DNA of 58,526 bases, counting the filler, from Sphacelaria rigidula (taxonomy: Eukaryota), in assembly GCA_964200075.2 (NCBI GenBank). It is 8 parts of 8 records of this genome, joined end to end, with 100 filler letters (N's around TTAATTAATTAA, not from the genome) between each part and the next. Parts side by side here need not be neighbours in the genome. Positions count along the whole stretch, not along the records: positions 21,987 to 29,214 come from CAXNAA020015858.1; positions 29,315 to 36,542 come from CAXNAA020015859.1; 6 more parts are not named here. The stretch is one strand, 5' to 3'. The position numbers and the translations under genes are program-made. The notes under the pieces were generated by a model. The model did no database searches. It was not told where the DNA came from and saw only the letters and a program-made list of their open reading frames with translations. Each line of letters begins with the position of its first letter. Within the stretch, counting starts at the first letter, position 1. Below are positions 22,491 to 34,793 of this stretch, in pieces.

Positions 22491-25400
22491 CAAGGACACA
22501 AATGTCGTTCAGAGGTTTCATGTTGTAGTGCGAACTCCAGAACAGGTAAATTTACACCCTGGAGAGTACTGTTTCCCCGAATTTCCCCAGAGGCCCCCTC
22601 AGTAAAATTATGTGCTCAAGGGAATGATGTGTCCTCCAGAGGATTCGTGTTATGACCGGAACTGAGGATGAAATACCCTTTTTAACCTCCGGAGAATCAC
22701 TTTACCCGAGAGGATGAAAATCGCGATGGAGGATTTTCAAACACGCGAGCCGAATTGCAGAGTCTGAACTCAAGTGAGATGGATGACCTTTTCTCACTTC
22801 AAGTAACTTGCCGCTCTCATCATAAGACGAAGTGAATCGTTTCGTCTAGGAAGCAGTAATACTGTGGAATAAGCTTTTTATAGGATTTGCCGTAGTATAC
22901 CCATTCCGTCCTCCTGTTGAGCGCCTTAATTGAAAGAAAGAGCGGAAGCGTCCAGGGCGGGTGTCCATGAATCCCACATTCCTTGATCGCGGGTCCGAGT
23001 GTGGAGGCTAGTACTATAGGTTAGAAATACAGATAGATAAAAGCGGCGGCGTTTCGACCAATGAGCGAGTTACGACAAATTCCGAACTTAAATTTCGAAT
23101 TTCGAGAATACTGTAACAGGCACTGAGACTGGCACCCTGACTTTGCGGCTACAATCCGTGTCACTCGACCCTCGCTTTACCTCCAGAGTACACTATATTC
23201 TTCTCAATCACGCCGACCGGAGCAGTTGTTGCGGAATAGTATCATCGGGTCACCTCCCTGGTGAGTGGGTTAGGTGGTACGCATGCGACACGTCCGGGCT
23301 TACGACCAGTTGCCAGGACTCTTGGTCAACGTGTTCTTACACTCTGATATAGTGCAGACAATAACCCGTTGAGCCGTGTTTTGCGTTTGGTTGGACGGAG
23401 CAAATTAAGTATCACCTTTGTTGGTATCACGACTGGTTGTTTCAGGAGTACATAAAGGCCAGCACGAACTGTGCTTCACCAAAAATTTTGTGCCGGTCAG
23501 GGCGCGCACAGGCAACACTAACACCGATCTACACCACAAGTACACCCGGTATACCCCCGTGCAGTGCAGTGCAGTCCAGCGCCAGACTGCTGTACTACAG
23601 TCAGAGCACATAGTGTAACCGGCAGCACAGCGTGTCGGCTGCACGGTGGTACTACTGCGGATACAGGCTGCTGCTACTTTCGTACCGTTTTGGCCTGCCT
23701 GTCTTGCATTGTATATGTCGTCTACCTGCAGTAGGATGTTGCACTCTGGGCACTAGATCACACTGGAGTGAAGCGCACTGGTTACATCCTAATGCTGCTC
23801 CTCTTAGTATCGGCAATGGTACCAGACTGGCAATGGTACCACATCCAGTGTAGTAGTGTCGTCGGTCTTTCAGCTACTCCGCACGAATCGCCCCTCACTA
23901 AAGAAGTAACCGTCTTGCATTTGTATGATGCACTCACTGTACGATGCAACTACTGGGAAAACTGATACACCCCACTCAGGGAGTACAAAGAGCTGTTGGT
24001 ATAATTCCTCAGTCGTGCGTGTGTAGGGAGGGGGGCTTGGTTGATACCCGTTGATATAAGCCATCCTAGACCAGCACGTTCGTACCGTGAGCACAAGAGT
24101 CGGCTTCATCCTCGATTACAAAGCTGTACTAAATACAGACTACGACTACAGTCAGTACAGAGAGTCGGTTTCTGTATTGATTTCGATTGAACAACTGATG
24201 TTTTTGAGACAAAGCTCTTGCGGCAACCCAAAAATTGATCGTGATCATCTTGTCTCACGTCAGACCAAACGATCTGCGAAACGCCCCTAGGATCCCAGCC
24301 GCAGGTACTACCCCGTCGCACATTGCCCATGACGAGAATGGCGACTTGAACTCGCGGTTTTGAGTGTCATATGGTTGCTGCAGATGTATCGATGTTGATG
24401 GTTGAGTGATGATCGATGTACAGCTGGTTGTGGGCTGGTTTTGGGCCGACCCCAAAGTGTTTGATGTACGATCCCACGAGAAACTGCGCGCACGTACGGA
24501 GAATAACACCCCCGAGATGCCTATTTCAATCAGATGCCTGAAACGCAGTTTTACTGTTTAGCTCCCATCTAGCAGAAACAGACGCGATCATGATCTCCGC
24601 CGGGGCATTGTGGTGTCTCAAGAGGTATGAAACAAAATCATTGGCTTCACGAATTTTGACCGCTACTTTTCTCTCAAATTACACGGCCCCTAGAATCGGG
24701 TGCAAGTTGTTCTGAAAGGGTGTCTTGGCTCACAACAAAATCTTTGTTTTAAAAGCGCTGCAATAATCCCCCAAGCTTTGTGGATGCATTATTTATTATA
24801 GCGGCCCATCGATATGTTTGGTCTCAATCATGATATCTGCAGTATCAGATATTTTGAAAGGTGTCCGTGCGTGTCTTCGGGCGCAGCCGTCCCAGAATGT
24901 CACTTTCGGATTCCGCCGGCAACAAGCCTCTGCTGCACCGCCTGTTTTGCAGCATATTTCTATCCTATTTTCCGTACAGCCGGGGGTTGCAACTCAGGTA
25001 TTGAATATTCGCCTGTAGTTTTATTTTACTGGAGTTTATCATAGCTCCTGGTGTAAAAAAATTGTGCCCAGTACAGGCTGGTTCGCGGTTCGACTGAAGT
25101 TCATTATTCAGCAAATGCCGTCAGAAGGCAGTCGCTCACATGGTATCATACTGACCGCCACGGACAGCCGAAGAGGGTCACAACGCCGGATTTTTGTTTC
25201 AAGAATATTGCGGTGGTGAGAAGGGCGATAAGGTAGCTACGCCAATAAGCGGCCTTCAAATTGCTAAATAAAATACAAACTCCCACTACAATTTCTACCC
25301 AATCTCCAATGCTTGAAATCGTAGTTACCGCCATCGGCTCGGGAATCCTCGAGAGGGTAAAACAGGTTTCGAATGTGTAGGGGGCTCGAGATATTTCATC

Positions 25401-27389
25401 CCGAAACCACTCTAATGGAATGTTTTTCTGGGAAAAGTTGTCCGAGATGGAGAGCTTTCAGACAGGTCCTTTCGCCGCCCATCTCATCGAGAAAAGCAGC
25501 CCGTTTCCGGAGAGATCAACTTCGTCGGGAAAAGGATTTGGTTATAACGCCTTCCATCTAGCTATTCCAGCTGTACAGACATTATATACATGAAGTACAG
25601 GGAGCACACTCAGTGACGATGCAGCAACAATAGTACAACGCAGCAACCATTACCGCTGTGAAACCGTGTGAAAGGTACACACAGCTGGACCGAAGGCTGC
25701 ACAGCACATGCATGTGTATACATAGGGCAGCAGCATACTAAATAGCACATGCAAAACAGTACCAACTCAGCACCCCCAAAGTCGTGATGATGGTGTGCCT
25801 TCTTCATGTGAGACTTGTCTTCGCGCTGCTTGACAATTACCAGGCATCGCGAGTGCTGCCGCGTGTGTCGTCGTCGAAAAAACGTGGGCCCTCTTCTTTT
25901 ATATTTTCACATGAGCCCCACACTCGTACCCGCACGACCTCTATGACGATCAAGAACTGTTTATCCACGGTGAAATTTTTACGTTTTCACCCCACCTAAA
26001 GTTGATGTTGCCATGACCCTACGTAATACTCGACGCATCATGTGCTTTACCCTGAGTGAAGTCCCGAAGTTTTGGGCGTACAGTATGACGGACACGTCGT
26101 CGGGGTTGAATCCAACTCCTCGTGATGAAAGGTAAAACCCCAAATTGACCATAGATATGCCTTCTCGATTGATCGCATCTTTCTTCGTTGCTCGGAAAAA
26201 TGCCTTGTGAATCCCCCGCCAGACTTGGTTGTGCTAACCGCAGCCTCTTTTTTATGCCCCACCAGCCTTGTTGACGTCAATGTTTTGCGTTGAGTTTCTT
26301 CCCAGCTTTCCCCCCGTCTCAAAATGGGTCGTGCCTGAATAACCGCGCACGAATTTCAAAACTGAGCATCAAGGTGTGGCACAGGAGCAAAACAATTGCG
26401 GAACGCCCCTATTTTTTGTTGAAACCCGAATTCGTGGGGGAGGGGAAAACTTGAAATTCATGTCACCTGTGGAACTGAAGCTGGCTCACGTGTTCAGAGT
26501 TTGTTGCTGGACTCGGAGCGAGTACATACTTGTACACGATTTGGGAAAGATCTATTCGAGTTGACCGCAATTTACGTCATCGTTCGAATGTCGAAATGAT
26601 TGGTAAGCACATACAGCAATGAGGCGATTTAGTTTTGGAGCTGCCTGCAGACCACGCCGCGCCCTACAAAACCACTGGAGAAAGTTATCAGCTCGGTTGA
26701 TTGAACTCTACTTCCTCGTTATGTCGTTGCGCGCTTTATTTGCAACATCGCGTGCTACTCCTTTATGTGATCACGTTGCTGCAGTTATATCTCCCTGTTT
26801 GTTGCCGCCTCTAGACGACATAACCGAGACACGTTTGAAGCCCGCTTGCAGACAGAAAAAAAGGCCAACAGGAGGCATTTCTCCACGACAGTATCTTCAA
26901 ATACAAAGTACTTGAAATGGAGATGCTGGAAAGGTCCAGAAAAGCCGCTGAGCTCAAGCATTGCGGTTATGGGCCTTTCAAGATCAGCTGGCAGTGTTGC
27001 TCAAGGACGACCTCTGGCTCTGCAGGGGTTGAGCACCATGATGGTATATCATAATGGTACATGATGAACATAAACTGTTGATATTTTCAGGAGCATACAC
27101 GTTACACGTGCCACAACGTAATGTCGGATTTTGAAATGAAACGTTACCGTAGCGATAGTGTTTTTTAACGTGCCAAGGGAAACGTAACGAACGTTGAATT
27201 GTCCAAAGGTTCAAAACACGCAATATAAAACATTTCATGGACGGGTAACGTCTAGTCCACGTTACATAAAACGTTTCATATTACGTTACACGTTACATAC
27301 AACGTCCTAAACACAACACATGAAGCGGTGCACACTTCAAGTTTGCGGTGAATTTTTTTAATCCTAGGAGACGAAGTAACTAGTTTACA

Positions 27390-27700
27390 ACAGTGCAAGT
27401 AAAGGCCGTGTATTTTACCAACATTACGGGATTACAAGTACTGGCTGCACCTTGCAAACACAGTACAAGTGCAGGCTGTACTTGTAACCTTGCACTAAAA
27501 TATTTCCGACTACAGGCTGTACTTTGCAAGCACAAGAGTTCAAGGTTGCAAATGCAGCCTGTACTTTGCAAGCACAGCAGTGCAAGGTCACGAGTACAGC
27601 CTGTACTCGCGAACGCAGTACAGTTCGAGATGGTTGCTCTACTTTGCAAATACAAGAGACGAAAGTGGTACAAGGATACAAACACCCTGTACTTTGCACA
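27390..27700. repeat. Degenerate minisatellite (CTGTACTTTGCAAG-type units)
   Basis: Recurrent CTGTACTTTGCA and TGCAAG words at roughly 39-bp spacing. Confidence 0.65.
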
Positions 27701-29157
27701 CACAGTATTATAGTACGAGGTAGTCAGTCGCTTGCTCGCGACAACAGGAGGCAGGCTCGCATTTGACAGCGGTGACGTCGACAATGTCTCAAGTTCTACA
27801 CTGTCTTGACTGTAAGGTTGCACGTACATGGTAGTGCATGCAGATGCAGAGGTTGTGACTTCTGCCTGCTCTACGGACATGTACAGGCTTTACTTTGTTT
27901 GCAAACACCCGCAGCCGTCCCAGATGAAAAAAGTGAGCTCCCGAATTGAAAAACGACGCAAGATCGGTAATAATAAAAGGTGTGGGTGGATTTTTTTGCC
28001 AGATGAAAGGATTGATTGCCTAAATCTGCAATACCTACATAAATGTATACATTACTACGCCTGCCTTTGACGAGCATGATAAGGTATCTTATTTCTCCAT
28101 GTATACATGTATACATATTTAGAACCAGGGGGTACCCGATATAGTTTTGTGTGCGAAATGCTGGGACGACACAAGCCGGCGTTCATCACATTCGCGATCT
28201 GTCGTGTGTCAGTATCGGCTGTCGTGCGAATGACCAAGCACTTGACAATGGCATATTGAAAACAAGAAGATGGAAAGGAAAGAGGGGATATGAAAAGAGT
28301 ACGGCCAAAAACGAATGAACGATACACTGTAGAGAAATTAACATTATGCACTCAGATAATGCGCCTACGCTCAAAGATACGATGGGGCACCGTCAGCGTC
28401 ACGTACACGGTAACGTCACGCGTTACACGACACGTTACAACGCCTTGAACACCCGTAAATGAACCACGATATGCACAGAGTGAAACGTTACACTCGAACA
28501 TTGCACGTGTCAACGCAACGTTACATTTGGGCGTTACACGTTGCATAAAACGTTTCATATCACGTTATATGCAACGAAACGTGACGCAACTTTTTTTACG
28601 TGATGAACGTAACGTGAATGCAACTTCAAGTTATCGAATGAAACGTTGAGCTTATGTAATTTTTTTTCGCGTGCCACACGTGACGTAGCGTGAACGTTGA
28701 ATTTTCTTACATGATGAACTCAACATGAACGTGTAATGCGTATATCCCCGGATATTTGGCCCACTGCTCAAATCTAACAACCAATAACCTGAAAAAACAG
28801 GAGGGATGAGTCAGAAGGGTGGGAATAGTAGTCATGCGTATTTGTTCCCCTCTTTACCCTCTGTTTACATGTTTTGGGCATTGAAATGTTCCGCATATAT
28901 TGACGAGCATGAACCCGGCGCTATCAATAGGCTTTTTCCCCGACGGCATTGGACTGATATACCGTTTTCCCGTCTAGTTTGAGTGTATAACTCAGCCGGC
29001 CACGCACGACTTCACTACTTCTTGTTCGCATCATTTTACTTGAGCAAGCTCGCGCACACACTGGGTTAGTAAATTCGATGCTACCCAAGCGCAAAATAAA
29101 TTGACCGTGGGATATATTCCACACTCGACAGAGGCAATTTATATTGCCGACGCAATA

Positions 29158-29214
29158 CTTCCTCTGTCCCATAAGTAAAGTCCGTTATGTTTATACGAGC
29201 CCTTAACGGTGTCC
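29158..29214. mobile_element. End of a second Stowaway-like MITE, cut by the contig end
   Basis: TA|CTTCCTCTGTCCCATAAGTAAAGTCCGTTATG matches the TIR at 728. Confidence 0.75.
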
Positions 29215-30495
29215 NNNNNNNNNNNNNNNNNNNNNNNNNNNNNNNNNNNNNNNNNNNNTTAATTAATTAANNNNNNNNNNNNNNNNNNNNNNNNNNNNNN
29301 NNNNNNNNNNNNNNCTTTTCACTCTCAATCGTATCATCTACTCTCAATCTCACGAAAACACTGTTGATAGGGGTGCACAAATATTTGCTCCGATTCCAGT
29401 TGTTAGGAGCCCTCTATCTCACCCATAAAAACGACGTATGAAATGCACGTCACGAGTAGCCTTTCGGTGGGCTAGGGATACCCGGAATATAGTTGAAAAC
29501 GGGAACGTCTTCACAAATATTATCGTTTTGTTTCTAACTCAAGGAGCCCCTGGACAAGAGGGATATGGGTCCATACGCGTGACCCCTACCGTAGCATGAC
29601 TCGGCCCCTAGAGAAAACGGAAAAGCACCCCGAGGAGGGGTGGGGAGAGGGGCCACACGCTGCCATTTGACTACCCAAAGAAATTCCTCCACACGAAAAT
29701 TGACTCCTCCAGAGGGTTCGGGCTAGCCTCTAGAGAGGTCTTCAGTCCTTCTGGAGGGTGGATAGCATCCCTCTCCAGAGAGATTAAACACCCCTAAAAG
29801 AAACCGCGCGGAAAACAATAAATATTTCCATCTAAACACCGGACGCAAAAAAAATGAGCGCGACCGATAATGCTAAAATAATCAGGACCCCTTGAGTACG
29901 CGTGCTCGACAAATGTTTGCAAAACGTACTCAGCAGTACATGTATAGCTGAGTGCGGGTATGGGATCATCCCGCATGCACGAAGAGTTAACCCGCTGACC
30001 GCGAACAGTTTGGGATCTTCACTGCAGGAGGAGCAAGCTTACCCTATACTAACCCCAATACAGAGAGTGGTGCACTGCCTCTCATGGACTCGAATAAACT
30101 GCTTCATGGCCGAACGATTCCAGCTGCAACCTCACTCACGAGCCCCCTTCCAGCACCCCCAAATGCCCGTGACAGGCGACTATGAAAAATGGTGAACGAT
30201 ACTTCCTATGGGAACGAACAGAAGAGGTCGGAATTGTGAATTATATTGATTCGAGTGCCCGTCAAAGGTTGAAAGGTTGCCTTCAAGGCACGGTGACGGG
30301 TACTAGGTTCAGTATCATACACAGATCCGAACTCAGTTCGTTTGCACAGAAAATCTCCTTCCCACTTTCAGGGATTGCCTGTTACATCTCAGTCTGACAG
30401 CTCTTCTAGTAAACGAGATAAAATGTTGCCGCTTCTACAGACTGTTGACCCTTCGACAGCCAAAGAAGGCCGTCAGTTGGAGTGGTATCACTTAC

Positions 30496-32213
30496 ACTCC
30501 AAAAATGGACCCAAGGCCCACTTGACTGATCCACTCTGGCAATCAAAGGGTCAACCAGTTCACCGCCAGGGTGGGTCATCTGTTGAGTCGGCGTCACGTT
30601 CAGGTGGAAAAACAACCGCACGACGCAGATGATCCACCCCGACGGTTAAAGCAATGCTTACACTGCTCCGCGAAGTCATCGCTGGTAGATTCGCTACCGA
30701 CAAATGTATATATGCGTCACATATCGACCCATGCACCAAAGTTGCCCCAAGTTGCCAAACAAACGCAACACGCCTGGTTGGACGGCCATTGGACAGCGAT
30801 CACAGTGATCATTTTTTCTATTTTTTTGTCGTCCTAACTCCGCATTATTTGATTCACGCCTCTTCTGCGCCAACCAACCGCGGCCGGTGCATGCTGACTC
30901 CGAGCAAAACAATTTTTGGCGAACATGAAAAGCCAGGATCCTCATTGCACAGAAGGCAGCTGGCTGGACGTATGCCAGAACTAATGCACAGCGTGCTCCA
31001 TTGAGCAGATAATTTTTTTTAATGAGACTGAACATTTGAATGAGATTAAACTCCAAAACAGTGCTTTCTCTCAATCCGAAGTTATGATAAATGATTTTCT
31101 TGGAAGACATCATGCCCCCCGATCTCCCTGAAACTGTTTTTGGAGGTTTCCCGTCTTCGGTTCCCCCAAAGGACATGTGCGAAAGCATCCTTCTCGGGCT
31201 AGAAGCCTCCGCGTCTGCGCCCCGAAATCGAGGTAAAAAGACGCTTTTGCACAAATCCTCTTGCGGAACGGAAGACGGAAAAAGCTAAAAAATGGCTTCA
31301 GGGAGGTCGCGGTACATGAAGTCCTCTATATGAAACTCGCTTGTCATAACTTCAGGTCAGGGAAGAGAGCACTGTGTTTTTGGAGTTGACCCTCATATTA
31401 GCGTCCAATCGCATTTTCGAAAATCATTTGCTAGTGGCACACATGGACTCAAATAGATGCCCGCACAACTTTTTTTATGTCGACACGTTTCCACACGCAC
31501 GGCCACAACTGCCGGTCGGCATTCGTTTTTGTGTTCTATCGGTCCTGGTTACGCCGCCTTCCGACAGACAGACCATATTGTCTGCATAATTGTGCGGTCT
31601 CGGGCAAGTGCTGGGATCTTCCCACGGCGGAGCTCGGGGAATAAAAACCAACTCGATTGCGGTTAAGGGCAGCGGACCAACCACGGCACCGTCAGTATAG
31701 GCGTTCTCGATTTCAACCTTCGATTCAAAGCATGCCCTCAGCTGCTCCTTGTGCCAGTAATGTGATACACTATTTCATGTGATGAAGTCTCGGGAAAAAA
31801 TGCAGTGCAACATCCAGGACTCGGTACGTACTTTATTGTATTTCCTCCTCCTCGTGGTCAAGTGCCACTCAAACCACGCCTTCTCGCCATGGCTGTCGGC
31901 CACGACCTGCTGGGCCTCTCCCTCCACTAGGGCCGCCGCCAGCTCCTCCTGAATTTCCGTTCATCAGGCACGAGGAGAACAACTGGTGGAGTTAGTCCCG
32001 ACCCCTTTTGACTGTCCATCGCTACATTCGAGTCACGACAGCCCGCTAGGGATGGTTCACGACTAAGATTTCGGGTACGGACTCTGCTGCAATTGAGATC
32101 CGTAAACAACACGCCGCAGTCGATGGGTCAACCGTTTGCCAGTCAAGCAGCATCAATTCGGGCTCTCCATGGATGCCAACTCTGTGCACTGTTTTGTGTA
32201 TCGGCCGCTCCTC
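30496..32213 (-). CDS. Candidate exons of an uncharacterised gene (32213-32133, 31948-31832, 30579-30496)
   Basis: Three phase-0 CAG/GT-bounded open segments: EERPIHKTVHRVGIHGEPELMLLDWQT; EELAAALVEGEAQQVVADSHGEKAWFEWHL...; MTHPGGELVDPLIARVDQSSGPWVHFWS followed by GTAAGT. No homology recognised. Confidence 0.3.
31076..31356. mobile_element. Fold-back MITE
   Basis: GAAGTTATGA / TCATAACTTC termini, with internal CTCCCTGAA / TTCAGGGAG and CCGTCTTC / GAAGACGG pairs. Confidence 0.7.
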
Positions 32214-32660
32214 CTGCGGTGAAGATTCCAAATTCTCTGGGGTGCAACGGTTGACGGTTTTACCACCGAGCTTGTTTCGGAACAACTTCGCCGGCTGACC
32301 GTCCTAAAGTCGAGTCAGTGATTGGATGAACGATTTTTTCAGCACCAAGTGATCGCCGGGTTATTCAGTCATGGCCAGGCCGCTTCTTATGCAGAAACAG
32401 CCTCTTCCGAGAAGCCGTTTCATGTCGGCTTCAGACACATTTCTCAATTGATAAGCAGCACTGTTTCTTAAGGGACGCTCGTCCGACGTAGTTTGTTTGA
32501 AAACAAAACAGTGTGACTGAAGACGCCTCCATATGGACGCGGCGGGTTTGGAATATGGAGGGTGAAGACCTCTGTACAAAAGAGTTGCCCTACGATAGGG
32601 GGGGTGTTCTCATGATTATGCATGCCATAGTCATCAGACCATTGACTTCGCATCCCTACA

Positions 32661-33011
32661 GCCGGGACGGAGCACGCCGGGTTTTCGCTGGACCAGGCTC
32701 GCACTCAGTCACCAAGCGCGAGGCGCCGTGGTGAGTTCGGCGAGTCGCACGGAGGGTGAGCTGCATCCTGCTAACATCGTTCGGCTCGAAGCCTACTGAT
32801 TATCTTGCATATGGATGGCAGCCTACAAATGAATACAAAGCCGAGACGGAACACGCTGGGTTTTCGTCGGACCTGGCTCGCGATCAATCACCCAGGGCGA
32901 AGCGCTGGGATGTGTTCGGCGCGTCGCATGAAGGGTGGACTGCATCCTGCCAAAATTGTTCGGCCCGAAGCCTACTGATTATTTTGCATGTGGATGACAG
33001 CCTTCAATGAG
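32661..33011. repeat. Two tandem ~179-bp diverged units
   Basis: GCCGGGACGGAGCACGCCGGGTTTTCG at 32661 and GCCGAGACGGAACACGCTGGGTTTTCG at 32840; both units end GAAGCCTACTGATTAT..GCAT.TGGATG.CAGCCT. Confidence 0.8.
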
Positions 33012-33614
33012 TTGCTTTACTTTCTGGTATCGCCACTTCCAAAAACAGCCACGGCTTACACACTACCCAATGGGTGTCTCATCACTAAAACACCATCACG
33101 TAGTACGACCATCCCCTGTTTTTCGCGCAATTGACTCTCTCCCACCCCGCACAACATGATCTGGCCTCATCACCATCATGGTGACCGCCAAAAAAACGGT
33201 AACCTGGTTGCCTAGCCTAAGCAGTGAGTGGCGTGTTTTCCAGCGCCATTGCCAACCGACACCAACCCAATGGGGGAGGGGGGGAAGGGGTATCGCAGCG
33301 ACCAATCTCTGAAAAATAACGGATTTTCTAGAAGGGGAAAACCCCGTTCGAGAAGAACCCGCCTAAACACATCCGGCAAAACAATATCAGGACGGACGAT
33401 TTGGTTGGCGGGCCTTCGCGGCTGCGGGTACAATAACAATACCTCCAAGTAATTTACTTTCAATACAGTATGGAGCGAAATATCAGTTTTTTTATTCTTC
33501 TCCGTGCCAACGGCCTGTGACTACTCATCATACAGCTGGTGACGTGTAATTATTAGGTTCCTGTTCATTCTGCTTTCTGCTTCTAACTTCGGGCAAGGAT
33601 ATGCCTCAAGGAGG

Positions 33615-33812
33615 CTGTAATGCGTGAGAGGACCGCGTGCCTAGAGGACCGCACCGGAGTTTCAAGACCCCTATGGTTAGGGTTAGGGTTAGGGTCAGGG
33701 GCGTGGTCCCTGCAGGGACTGGCCCGATTGGTGTTGAAAAACGTCGATCCTGAGGTGTTTCGAACTACGGTGCGGTCCTCTAAGCACGTGATCCTCTCAC
33801 GCATTATTACAG
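33615..33812 (+). mobile_element. MITE with an internal (TTAGGG)3 tract, copy 2
   Basis: About 40-bp TIRs (CTGTAATGCGTGAGAGGACCGCGTGCCTAGAGGACCGCACC ... GGTGCGGTCCTCTAAGCACGTGATCCTCTCACGCATTATTACAG), flanked by AGG on both sides (possible 3-bp TSD). Confidence 0.85.
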
Positions 33813-34164
33813 AGGCACTTCTACTGCTCGTTGGTCATGCTTCTTTGGGGTAAAATGACCTCTGCTCGTTAGTAGGTGCTGCTTATGCCTCTGTTCTTTC
33901 CCCCTTCGACTTTTCGTTTCATGAGTGTTACGTTTTTGCGCGCGCACAAATTTCCTTCAGATGTCTCTGGGTTTACGTATAGCGTATGTTTGAAATCGTC
34001 TACTTCGAGTTAAGCGCCAAGATGATGGGCATAATAATCGCATACTCATATTTAACCTAATCCAGAGGTGCCGAGGGTGCCTTCATGCCCTCCATTGACC
34101 TGTTGCCTTGAGGGATTTGAGAACGCTACCCTGCCACTCCGGGTCAGACACCTCGAACAGAAAA

Positions 34165-34793
34165 TCGTCGAAATTGAGGATGGAGCTTGTCATTGAGGAT
34201 GAGAACCCGGCGGATTAAAATCTTCGTATCCAGACGAAATCTTCGAAATATGTTTCCATTCCGTCACCTACTGGTAGCTGTCAAAAATTACTACACGCTA
34301 CACCAATTTGGATTTCAATTACCCAAATTCTGGGGTCCCGCCTTGCCATGGACCCTTCCCCACGTACCCGACAAGTGGGCGACATCCCCGTACAGACAGT
34401 AGCAATGCTAGCGGTACACCACCTCCTGTCTGATTATGATTATAGTTGATATAAGTTGGATCAGGCTCGCAGACCCTAGCGCATCCTTCCGGCTTCGTTG
34501 TCGATGTTCACCTGGTTGGGGATGAACGCTCGCAAAAACAGGTGTTGGGTGAAAAAAAAATTAAATTTCAAGTGATACGATCGGATCGCTGAAACTCCCG
34601 GAAATTGATTCTTCACCTAGGACCCCAACATTTCGGTTATCAAAATCCAAATTTGTACGGCGTGTAGCAGTTGTCAATAGCTACCAGGAGGTGGAGGAAT
34701 GGAGCCATATTTCGAAGGTTTGGCGTGGATAAGAACATTTTAATTTTCCGAGTTCTCATCCTCAACAGAAAACTCCATCCTTAATTTCGATGA
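34165..34793. mobile_element. Fold-back element of the same family with a longer spacer; terminal fragment at 21987-22020
   Basis: GGATGGAG..TTGAGGATGAGAAC / GTTCTCATCCTCAA..CTCCATCC arms. Confidence 0.75.

Noticed and set aside
21935..22501. Long ORFs overlapping SINE copies (also 4312-4641 and 43283-43772)
   Set aside because: These are chance frames through non-coding repeats, and some run into N gaps.
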